A DNA stretch of 64,000 nt from Chlamydiota bacterium (GTDB taxonomy: Bacteria > Chlamydiota > Chlamydiia > Chlamydiales > RGXB01), in the NCBI GenBank assembly GCA_016866475.1, contig VGMF01000003.1:83661-147660 (forward strand). The letters are read 5' to 3'. Shown here in pieces: positions 46,500 through 54,971 of the stretch. Below the pieces are notes generated by a model, which was not told the origin of the DNA, did no database searches, and saw nothing but the letters and a program-made list of their open reading frames with translations. Made by a program: the position numbers and the translations under genes. Position 1 is the first letter of the stretch. Every line of letters starts with the position of its first letter.

Positions 46500-48830
46500 C
46501 TAAAGAATTTCTTCCAAAAGCTTTTCTAAGATCTCTTTTGAAACTCGCGACTCCTCAATCATCTGACTAGCAAGCTCGACTTTCCCCTTCTTGATAGATT
46601 CCATATGCTCTTCAATGGTATTGAGTACAATATAACGTCTTGCCAAAAGCGGCTTTTGACGGCCCACTCGATGGGCGCGATCGATCGCCTGGATTTCTGC
46701 CTGAGGATTCCACCACGGTTCAAAAAGCATCACAGTGTCGGCCTCGACAAGATTTAAACCAACGCCCCCTGCCTTCAATGTCATTAAAAAGACAGTTCCC
46801 CCCTCATGATTTTTAAAGTCTTGGACAATTTTATCCCGGTTGCGCGTTTTGCCATCCAAAAAGTAAACAGAAATTCCAAGCTCTTTCAGCTCCTTATCAA
46901 GGATTTCCAAAAGGGAGGAAAAATGGGAGAAAAAAAGGACTTTTTGCCCCCCGCCAACATGCTCGATCAAATCCTCCAAGACCCGATCAAACTTTGCAGA
47001 GGGGAGATCTAAATCAACGAGTTTAGGGCTTAAGACATGCTGTCTCAGTTTTGTCATTATGGAAAAAACGTGCCCTTCATTTTCTTTAAGTTTTGCAATA
47101 GATTCCGATCGAAGGGTATCGTAAGACACTTTTTGATCCTCGTACAAATCGATATAAATGATCTGCTCCATTTTTTCAGGCATCTCTTGAACAACCTCTT
47201 TTTTCAGACGTCGTAAAATAAACGGGCGCGTCAGAGTTTTAATTCGATCCGGATCTTGCGTATCCATTTCGGCCTCGAGCTCTGGTAATAGAATTGAAAA
47301 TAGATTGACCAGATCACACACATGGTTTTCAATCGGAGTACCTGAAAGTCCCAACTTAAACTTAGCATCTATTTTGCCGACAGCCTCAAACCCTTTCGTC
47401 TTTTTGTTTCGGAGTACTTGCGCCTCATCAAGAACCAAAAGCTCAAACGGTATTTCTTTGATGCTTTCTATGGAATTACGAAGCATTTGATAGGAGATAA
47501 GCGTCACCCCCGGTTCAATGCTCCCCCCTTTCCTGTCATAAATATGCACCTTCAAGGAGGGATAGAATTTTGTAATTTCGTGCTTCCACTGCGAAAGAAG
47601 AGTGAGAGGTGTAACGATCAAAGCCTTTTTATCGTTTAGAATACCCCCCATAAAAGCAATCGTTTGTACCGTTTTCCCAAGTCCCATCTCATCGGCCAAA
47701 AGCGCTGCAAACCGATTGTTATAGTGAAAATAAAGCCAGTCAAATCCCTCTTTTTGAAAAGGAAATAACTCCCCTTTGAAATCCTTTGTTATGCTCATAG
47801 AGCTAAACGGGATCAACCCCTCTATCCCCTCTTGATCTAAACGATAGAGGAGTTGCGGAGCATAAAACCGTTGGTAAACAAGAGTCTCTTTTTCAATTTT
47901 ATGGGGAATTTTTTGATACTTTTCTAAAACTTTGGCATCTAAAAAGAGGGATGCCTCCCCTTTTTTGAGGAGGATCTTCCCTTTTTGGTGTGCATCCAAC
48001 GCATCTTTGAGGCTAAAATTTCCCTGGTTAGTCCTAAATCCGGCATCCACGGTAAAAGATTTTTCCCCTATCGTTCTCTTTTCCTGATAATCATAAAAAA
48101 ATAAAATCGGTTCATTATTTGGCCCGACAATTTTGTAACCCAAACCATTCAGGAGGCTAAGGGCATCTTTAACCTCGTGGGTGGGGCAATAATGACTGGA
48201 GGAACCGATCGGTTTGTACGCATATCCGGCATCCATTAGGTCTTGATAAAACCTTTTTTTCCCCTCTTCAGTAGAGTTTTCGACACTAGGATTGATGAAT
48301 GCCCCCGTTTCATCTATAAGCCGGAGCGTGTAAACAGCGTCCTTGTCCTCGGGCATGAAACAGGACTCCACTACCTTTGTAATCTCCAAAACCCTGGGGC
48401 CCCACTCGGGTGGATCTATCAAAAACGAATCGGTAAACTCTTTGAGCTCTACCGGCTTCAGCTCTACAATAGAGTTGAAAAAGCGCTCCATTTTCGGAAA
48501 TCCTCCGTCAAATTTGCGGACGATCCCCTCGTAGACAAAAACATCGAGCGCATCCATTAGAATCAACGGGCAGACATGGAACGGGATTTTATGATTTTTA
48601 TAGAAAAAAAAGGGGTGCACCTGAAGCCCGTGTAGCTCAATCAGGACTTGGAAAGTGACGAAAGGGTCATAAAGAAGCTTTTTTCCCGATAGGCTTAGCT
48701 CCCCTTTTGAGGTCAGGGCCCGCAAAGTCTCTTCCCCCTTTTTCCCCTCTACCTGGAGCGTTTTATCCCCCTCTTTAATGGCAAAGGCGATCTTTTTCGG
48801 ATCATTTCCCCGAAGAAGGGTATATTTCAT
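46500..48830 (-). CDS. SNF2 family (DEAD/H) helicase
   Basis: LFPFQKEG..WL, LADEMGLGKT.Q, LDEAQ, LSGTPIEN, PFILRRLK, LKAGGVGLNL..AD, WWNP..E.QAIDRAHRVGR. Confidence 0.93.
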   Translation of the reverse strand: MKYTLLRGNDPKKIAFAIKEGDKTLQVEGKKGEETLRALTSKGELSLSGKKLLYDPFVTFQVLIELHGLQVHPFFFYKNHKIPFHVCPLILMDALDVFVYEGIVRKFDGGFPKMERFFNSIVELKPVELKEFTDSFLIDPPEWGPRVLEITKVVESCFMPEDKDAVYTLRLIDETGAFINPSVENSTEEGKKRFYQDLMDAGYAYKPIGSSSHYCPTHEVKDALSLLNGLGYKIVGPNNEPILFFYDYQEKRTIGEKSFTVDAGFRTNQGNFSLKDALDAHQKGKILLKKGEASLFLDAKVLEKYQKIPHKIEKETLVYQRFYAPQLLYRLDQEGIEGLIPFSSMSITKDFKGELFPFQKEGFDWLYFHYNNRFAALLADEMGLGKTVQTIAFMGGILNDKKALIVTPLTLLSQWKHEITKFYPSLKVHIYDRKGGSIEPGVTLISYQMLRNSIESIKEIPFELLVLDEAQVLRNKKTKGFEAVGKIDAKFKLGLSGTPIENHVCDLVNLFSILLPELEAEMDTQDPDRIKTLTRPFILRRLKKEVVQEMPEKMEQIIYIDLYEDQKVSYDTLRSESIAKLKENEGHVFSIMTKLRQHVLSPKLVDLDLPSAKFDRVLEDLIEHVGGGQKVLFFSHFSSLLEILDKELKELGISVYFLDGKTRNRDKIVQDFKNHEGGTVFLMTLKAGGVGLNLVEADTVMLFEPWWNPQAEIQAIDRAHRVGRQKPLLARRYIVLNTIEEHMESIKKGKVELASQMIEESRVSKEILEKLLEEIL

Positions 48831-49798
48831 GCTTCCACAGGCTCTTTTTGAGATAATTGCTTTTTTTCTTCATGGGAAAGTTTCCTGAAAGGGGTGGTAA
48901 CGGTACTAACGGAAAAAGGTCTGACACGACCTGTTTCAAGACAGCCCTCGCAGCAGCACCCTTTTCTTTGTTCTATACATTCGGGGCATGATAAAATTAA
49001 AGCATTGCAATCCATGTTTGCGCAATTGTAATACTGATCTACCTGGACGCTACAAAACTGACAAACTGAAATAGGGGTAGCTACGTCTTTACTGATGGGG
49101 ACTACCATCCTGTCATCAAAAACAAATAATTTACCCTTCCAACCTTTATTGCCATTTTCAAGACCATAACGGATGATGCCGCCCTTTAACTGGTACACCT
49201 TTTTAAAACCCATTTTTAACATCAACGATGAGTAGAGCTCGCATCGGATTCCACCGGTGCAATACATCATTACTTTGGTGTTCTCGGTGTCATATTTTTC
49301 CTTGAGCTTCTGAGCATACTCGGGAAACTCTCGGAACGTATTTAGTTCGGGAAGAAGTGCCCCCTCAAAATGGCCCACTTTCCACTCATAATCGTTTCTT
49401 GTATCGATGATGAGAGTACTATCGTCTTTTTCCCTACACATATTTTCCCACTCTGCCGGCTCCAGATGAACCCCCTTAATGGAGGCATCGACCTCTTTAT
49501 CCATAGCCACGAGCTGCTTGCGGTACTTGACGATCAACTTCGCAAAAGGGTGAGAGAAATGGTCATGGATCTTAATGTCTGCTTTGGGAAAAATTTGCAG
49601 CACACGGGAAGAATAGGTTTCCAAATTTTTTTTTGGCACCGAGCATTGGGCGTTGATCCCCTCCTCGGAGACATAGATACGTCCTTTGCCCTCAAGCTCT
49701 TCAAGAAAACTTTTGTGTTCCTTAATAAACTTTTGAGGTTCATCGACTTTGGTAAACGCATAGTAGGCAAGTACTTTGATTGTGTCGGGCCCGTGCAT
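48827..49798 (-). CDS. trhO: tRNA uridine(34) hydroxylase TrhO (YceA, rhodanese domain)
   Basis: GRIYVS.EGINAQ, IDTRNDYE..VGHF.GA, MYCTGGIRCE, QL.GGI..Y, GKLFVFD.R, NCAN..C. Confidence 0.92.
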   Translation of the reverse strand: MHGPDTIKVLAYYAFTKVDEPQKFIKEHKSFLEELEGKGRIYVSEEGINAQCSVPKKNLETYSSRVLQIFPKADIKIHDHFSHPFAKLIVKYRKQLVAMDKEVDASIKGVHLEPAEWENMCREKDDSTLIIDTRNDYEWKVGHFEGALLPELNTFREFPEYAQKLKEKYDTENTKVMMYCTGGIRCELYSSLMLKMGFKKVYQLKGGIIRYGLENGNKGWKGKLFVFDDRMVVPISKDVATPISVCQFCSVQVDQYYNCANMDCNALILSCPECIEQRKGCCCEGCLETGRVRPFSVSTVTTPFRKLSHEEKKQLSQKEPVEA

Positions 49799-49848
49799 AA
49801 AAAAAATCCTTAAAATCGACAATGAATGTACCACATCTTGATTTTTAC

Positions 49849-49877
49849 TTGTTTAAAAACTTGGTAATCCGTAATAT
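49849..49877 (+). promoter_or_regulatory. Putative sigma70-type promoter of rpsD
   Basis: TTGTTT-N17-TAATAT, followed by AGGAG ribosome-binding site. Confidence 0.45.
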
Positions 49878-49911
49878 TGGAGCTTCGATACGTCAGACAG
49901 TTAGGAGAACT

Positions 49912-50529
49912 ATGGCTCGTTATCGCGGCCCAAAAAATCGAATTGCTCGCAAGTTCGGCGCAAACATCTTCGGAAGACGCAAAAATCCACTCGCAACAAA
50001 GAGCAACCCACCCGGTATGCATGGCGCGAAAAGAAAGAAACGTTCCGACTTCGGCAATCAGTTACATGAAAAACAGAAGCTTGCAAGCTTCTACGGCGTT
50101 GTCCCTTTGAGAACTTTAAGCCGCTACTACAAAGAAGCTCTTAGAAAAGAGGGAAACACCTCGGATCTCTTCATTCAACAGCTCGAGTCCCGTTTGGACG
50201 TTGTAGTCTACAGAATGAAATTTGCACCTACAATTTTCTCAAGCCAACAACTTGTGTCCCATGGACATGTGTTGGTAAACGGAAGAAAGGTCAATATCCG
50301 TTCTTATCAAGTAAAACCTAATGACGTGGTAACTCTTAAAGAAAAGACTTTAGAGTTGTCTGTTATTAAAGATTCCTTGGCAAGCAACAGAGAACTACCG
50401 GCATACGTCAGCTTCGACCCTGCTACAAACAAAGGTTCTATCTTGATTCTCCCTTCCTTGGATCAGGTAAGCTTCCCACTTCATATCAACGTACCTGTTG
50501 TTTGTGAGTACTTAGCTTACACATCTTAA
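49912..50529 (+). CDS. rpsD: 30S ribosomal protein S4
   Basis: MARYRGPK, PPGMHG, QL.EKQK, LESRLD.VVYR, QLVSHGH..VNG.KV.I.SY.V. Confidence 0.97.
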   Translation: MARYRGPKNRIARKFGANIFGRRKNPLATKSNPPGMHGAKRKKRSDFGNQLHEKQKLASFYGVVPLRTLSRYYKEALRKEGNTSDLFIQQLESRLDVVVYRMKFAPTIFSSQQLVSHGHVLVNGRKVNIRSYQVKPNDVVTLKEKTLELSVIKDSLASNRELPAYVSFDPATNKGSILILPSLDQVSFPLHINVPVVCEYLAYTS

Positions 50530-50532
50530 AGG

Positions 50533-51405
50533 ATGAAAGGGCAAGATCTCGGGCCGCTGGTAGGCTGCCACAACTCCGCCTCAGGCGGAGTCCACAATGC
50601 TCTCTTAGAGGCCAAAAGTTTAAATGCTACGGCCTCTCAATTATTTACTAGCAATCAAAAGCAATGGCGCGGCAAAAAAATCTCCGACGAAGAGGTTGAA
50701 AAATGGGACCTGGCTAAAGCTGCATCAGACGTGAAGGTCGTGATCAGCCACGACGGCTACCTGATCAATTTGGGTTCGCACGACAAAGAACTTCTAGTAA
50801 AAAGTAGAGTTGCTTTCATAGAAGAAATTGAACGCTGCCTTGCTTTGGATCTAGACTTCCTCAATTTTCATCCGGGGACAGCAACGGATAAAAATCCTGA
50901 GAGGTGCCTCGATACTATTATCGAATCTTTACTCTCGTTTGCCCCCCTGTTCGAAAAAAAACGCAAACTCAAACTTGTACTGGAAGCAACGGCCGGACAG
51001 GGAAACACAGTTGGCCATACTTTCGAGCATATCGCGTATATCATAGAAAGTTGCCATCGTAAAATCCCGCTTGGAGTCTGCATAGACACCTGCCATATTT
51101 TTGCAGCAGGCTATGATATCCGGACATCTGCTGCGTGGGACAAAACACTGAAAGAGTTTGACAAAGTCGTAGGACTCAAGCATCTTGATTGCATGCATCT
51201 CAACGACTCTTTAAAAGGGTTGGGTTCACGCGTAGACAGGCATAGCTGCCTGGGTTTTGGGGAAATCGGGATTGAAGCTTTTAAGTTTGTGATGCAGGAT
51301 AAGAGGCTGAAACATCTCCCCAAATGTCTTGAGACCCCACAAAAAGAGGCCCGCTGGGAAGACGAGATACAAATGCTGAAAGATTTTTACTACGAAAAAC
51401 ACTAA
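50533..51405 (+). CDS. nfo: Endonuclease IV
   Basis: G.H.S.SGG, H.GYLINL, FHPG, LEATAGQG, C.DTCH.FAAGYD, HLNDS, DRH..LG.G.IG, LETP. Confidence 0.96.
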   Translation: MKGQDLGPLVGCHNSASGGVHNALLEAKSLNATASQLFTSNQKQWRGKKISDEEVEKWDLAKAASDVKVVISHDGYLINLGSHDKELLVKSRVAFIEEIERCLALDLDFLNFHPGTATDKNPERCLDTIIESLLSFAPLFEKKRKLKLVLEATAGQGNTVGHTFEHIAYIIESCHRKIPLGVCIDTCHIFAAGYDIRTSAAWDKTLKEFDKVVGLKHLDCMHLNDSLKGLGSRVDRHSCLGFGEIGIEAFKFVMQDKRLKHLPKCLETPQKEARWEDEIQMLKDFYYEKH

Positions 51406-51421
51406 ATCATTAGGATATTCC

Positions 51422-52756
51422 ATGATGGTTGATACCAAGCTAAAGCGGACAAAAATAGTTGATATTGACGCAAGCCTGATCGGCAGACACCTTTTCCTCC
51501 AAGGGTGGATCCGCACATCCCGCTCACAAAAAGGGGTCGTATTTATTGAACTGAATGACGGCTCGACCATAAAAAATATCCAGTTGTTATCCAATCAAGA
51601 AAAGACCTTGCTCACCGGAACATCGATCGCTGTGACCGGAAAACTCGTAGCAAGCCCCTCCCCCAAACAGCCCTATGAGCTCCAAGTTGAGACTTTGGAA
51701 GTCATAGGCGAAGCCGATAGCACCTTTCCCCTACAAAAAAAAGGGCACACGCTTGATTTTTTACGCGAAATCGCCCATTTGCGTCCGAGGACCAATACAT
51801 TTGGTGCCGTTGCAAGGGTGAGAAGCCGAATCGCATTTGCCGTGCATGAATTTTTTCAACAAAGAAAGTTTTTCTATGTGCAAACTCCTGTGATCACCTC
51901 ATCCGACTGCGAAGGGGCCGGGGAACTGTTTGAGCTTGTGACCGAGACCAAAAATTTTTTCGGGAAAAAAGCGTTTTTAACTTGCTCGGGGCAATTAAAT
52001 GGCGAATGTTTTGCCACTGCTCTTGGGGAGATCTATACTTTCGGGCCTACATTTCGGGCAGAAAATTCCCACACGTCGCGCCACCTTGCAGAGTTTTGGA
52101 TGATTGAACCTGAAATGGCCTTCTATGATCTCAAACAAAACATGGACCTAGCTGAAAGTTTTGTGAAACACCTTGTTAAAACAGCTCTAGATACGTGCCA
52201 AGAGGACTTGAGTTTTTTTGAGGAGCGTTATGAAAAGGGGCTAAAGCAACGCCTTGAGGTCGTTTTAAATCGCCCTTTTGAGCGTATTACCTATACTGAA
52301 GCGATTGAACTGCTCCTTAAATCCAATATAGAGTTTCAATATCCGGTAAAGTGGGGGAACGATTTACAATCGGAGCACGAGCGCTATATCGCTGAAACCG
52401 TTGTGGGAGGCCCCGTCATACTGTACAATTACCCAAAAACCTTAAAACCTTTCTACATGAAAGCGAATGAGGACGGTAAAACAGTAGCCTGTATGGATGT
52501 CCTTGTCCCTAAAATTGGGGAAATTATCGGCGGCTCGCAGAGGGAAGATAGCTTGGATAAACTTGAAAAAGGGATCCTTTCGCATGGTCTCAATCCAAGT
52601 GATTACGACTGGTACCTAGATCTTCGCAGATACGGTTCCGTCCCCCATTCGGGATTTGGTTTAGGCTTTGAACGTGCTGTCCAATTTATCACCGGTATCG
52701 AAAACATCCGTGATATTATTGCCTTCCCAAGAGCTGCCGGACTTTGCGAATTCTAA
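51422..52756 (+). CDS. asnS: Asparagine--tRNA ligase
   Basis: HLRPRTN, DCEGAGELF, GPTFRAENSHTSRHLAEFWMIEPE, DLQSEHER, EIIGGSQRE, PHSGFGLGFER. Confidence 0.97.
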   Translation: MMVDTKLKRTKIVDIDASLIGRHLFLQGWIRTSRSQKGVVFIELNDGSTIKNIQLLSNQEKTLLTGTSIAVTGKLVASPSPKQPYELQVETLEVIGEADSTFPLQKKGHTLDFLREIAHLRPRTNTFGAVARVRSRIAFAVHEFFQQRKFFYVQTPVITSSDCEGAGELFELVTETKNFFGKKAFLTCSGQLNGECFATALGEIYTFGPTFRAENSHTSRHLAEFWMIEPEMAFYDLKQNMDLAESFVKHLVKTALDTCQEDLSFFEERYEKGLKQRLEVVLNRPFERITYTEAIELLLKSNIEFQYPVKWGNDLQSEHERYIAETVVGGPVILYNYPKTLKPFYMKANEDGKTVACMDVLVPKIGEIIGGSQREDSLDKLEKGILSHGLNPSDYDWYLDLRRYGSVPHSGFGLGFERAVQFITGIENIRDIIAFPRAAGLCEF

Positions 52757-52893
52757 AAATTCTTTATGAGCCTCCGCCAATTTTTTAGGGTGGGGGCCGA
52801 ATTCTTTGACCTTAACCTATTTAATTAAATAGACTTATATACCGACCGAACTTTTTTCGACCTAAATTTACCTATTCTGCTACAATAAAGAGT

Positions 52894-53190
52894 ATGAAAG
52901 ATAAAGTTTCTGGAGGCGACGGCAGCACAGTACACTCCTATGACAGGGGTGATACCGGATCGCACAATAAAAAATACCCTCATGACGATGCCAGCGGCTC
53001 TGCATCCGCGACGGAACAATCGGGTGGACATATCAATCGTTACCTTAAGAAAATGTTCCACGGAATCTCCGAGAAAGACGCCAAGAAATTTATGTCAAAT
53101 CTCTATAATCAGTTGAACAACGAGATTAAAAGAGAAATCCAGAAGTCAAAAGAAAGACTCCAAAGGCTTAAAGAAGATGACAACGGATAA
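52894..53190 (+). CDS. Hypothetical protein
   Basis: 98 aa; polar N-terminus and helical basic C-terminus; overlaps the start of the next gene. Confidence 0.7.
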   Translation: MKDKVSGGDGSTVHSYDRGDTGSHNKKYPHDDASGSASATEQSGGHINRYLKKMFHGISEKDAKKFMSNLYNQLNNEIKREIQKSKERLQRLKEDDNG

Positions 53191-54139
53191 AGAATCGCTT
53201 ATCTACGAGGGAGAACAAGAGGTCCGCCTAGACCGCTTCCTTACAGATAGCTTCCCTTCTTTATCAAGAAATTATTTCGAAAAAGCGATTTCGACAGGGA
53301 GCGTACTCGTAAACGGGAAGCCTTCCAAAAAAAGTCTAAAGCTCCAACACCGCGACGCTGTTTTAGTCGAGTTTTTGCCCCTAGAGCCTCTGGATATCTC
53401 ACCTGTCCCGATGGACATTCCGGTCCTTTACGAAGACGAGGATTTAGCTCTTGTTTACAAGTCCCCCCAACTTGTTTGCCACCCCGGTGTGGGAACCCTT
53501 GAACCCACACTGATCCATGGGTTGCTTCACAGGTTCCAGGATCTAAAAAGCGATGACCCTATCCGCCCCGGACTTGTCCATCGATTGGATAAAGACACCT
53601 CCGGGATCATGCTTATTGCGAAAAATATGCATACTCACGAGCTTCTTTCAAGCGCTTTCAAAAATCGTTTGGTAAAAAAAACCTATCTTGCCCTTGTCCA
53701 TCGCAATTTATCGGCCACAACGGTTGATGCTCCGATCGGAAGGCACCCAACGGATCGAAAAAAAATGGGTATTGTTGAAACGGCAGGAAAAGACGCAACC
53801 ACTGCATTTGTCCCCGTGGCATTTTCTAAAAACTGCTCCCTTGTCCTTGCCTCCCCCAAAACCGGAAGGACGCACCAGATTCGTGTCCATCTGCAGCATA
53901 TCAACCATCCTATAGTGGGAGATCCCCTGTATGGTTTTTTTGGCTCCGATAAGCTCCTGAATCCACCCCGTATTTTACTCCACGCCCTTAGTTTGGAATT
54001 TATCCATCCCCACACTAAAAAGCTGATGCAATTTGAAGCGCACCTCCCCAAAGACTTTGAGGAGTTCCTTCTCAAAAGAGGTTTTGACCCAGATCAAATT
54101 GCTTCCTTAACTCAAAAACAGAACCTTGCAACAATTTAG
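53177..54139 (+). CDS. rluD: RluA/RluD family pseudouridine synthase
   Basis: S4 domain RLD.FL, RPGLVHRLDKDTSG, KTYLALV, TGRTHQIRVH, HPIVGDPLYG, LHA..L.F.HP. Confidence 0.9.
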   Translation: MTTDKESLIYEGEQEVRLDRFLTDSFPSLSRNYFEKAISTGSVLVNGKPSKKSLKLQHRDAVLVEFLPLEPLDISPVPMDIPVLYEDEDLALVYKSPQLVCHPGVGTLEPTLIHGLLHRFQDLKSDDPIRPGLVHRLDKDTSGIMLIAKNMHTHELLSSAFKNRLVKKTYLALVHRNLSATTVDAPIGRHPTDRKKMGIVETAGKDATTAFVPVAFSKNCSLVLASPKTGRTHQIRVHLQHINHPIVGDPLYGFFGSDKLLNPPRILLHALSLEFIHPHTKKLMQFEAHLPKDFEEFLLKRGFDPDQIASLTQKQNLATI

Positions 54140-54342
54140 ACGACGAAACTGTAATTCTAAATTTTTTTCGGGAGATTTAATCGCAACTCGTGTACTCTTA
54201 GACCAAAAGGCCTTTTTTTATAAATAGGTGTTTGTCTTTAATGGTGTCAGTTTTTATCACTAAGAGAAATTCTGAGGAAAAACTTTAAACCAAATATTAC
54301 CTTGAAAGGCCTAATGAATTGTCCCCCAATAGGAACTAGAAC

Positions 54343-54600
54343 ATGGAAGAATTCATCGGATATATCATCAAAAATCTTGTCACCAAACCAGAACAAGTCA
54401 CTGTCAAGCGCACATCTAGTGAGAATACAGATGTGTATGAAGTACGTGTTGCACCTGAGGATATGGGTAAGCTTATCGGCAAACAAGGGCGCACCATAAA
54501 TTCCGTTCGCACTCTTGTCGCCGCCACAAGCGCTCGTCTGGATGCAAAAAAACGGACACTTGTCGAGGTCTACGACGAAGGAAAAGAGAGACAAGAGTAG
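54343..54600 (+). CDS. khpA: KH domain RNA-binding protein (KhpA family), copy 1
   Basis: MEEFI.YI.KNLV..PE.V.V, V..EDMGKLIGKQGRTI..VRT. Confidence 0.9.
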   Translation: MEEFIGYIIKNLVTKPEQVTVKRTSSENTDVYEVRVAPEDMGKLIGKQGRTINSVRTLVAATSARLDAKKRTLVEVYDEGKERQE

Positions 54601-54662
54601 CTAAATAATTTCCTTTCTAGTAAGTTTGGTTTTTAACGAAAACTTCGAGAGGAATACCTGCT

Positions 54663-54926
54663 ATGAAAGAGTTCATCACTTATATCGTGAAGAACATCGT
54701 TGATCAGCCCGATCAGGTGAAAGTGGAAGCGATTCAAGGACATAATACAATGATCATTGAGGTTAAAGTCGCTAAAACTGACACCGGAAAGGTTATAGGT
54801 CGACAAGGAAAAACGATCCAAGCCATCCGCGCTCTGGTGGTTGCTGTAGCAAGCAGAGCCGGAGTTCGAGTGACCCTCGAGTTATTGGAAGCAGATGCAC
54901 CGTCACCTGTGCATACAACAGTTTAA
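54663..54926 (+). CDS. khpA: KH domain RNA-binding protein (KhpA family), copy 2
   Basis: MKEFI.YIVKNIVD.PD.V.V, VA..D.GKVIGRQGKTI.AIR. Confidence 0.9.
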   Translation: MKEFITYIVKNIVDQPDQVKVEAIQGHNTMIIEVKVAKTDTGKVIGRQGKTIQAIRALVVAVASRAGVRVTLELLEADAPSPVHTTV

Positions 54927-54932
54927 AAACTA

Positions 54933-54959
54933 GAGCCCCGGTAACCCGGGGTTTTTTTT
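54933..54959 (+). terminator. Intrinsic terminator after the KH pair
   Basis: GAGCCCCGG-TAAC-CCGGGGTTTTTTTT. Confidence 0.85.
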
Positions 54960-54971
54960 ATTGAAGTACCC

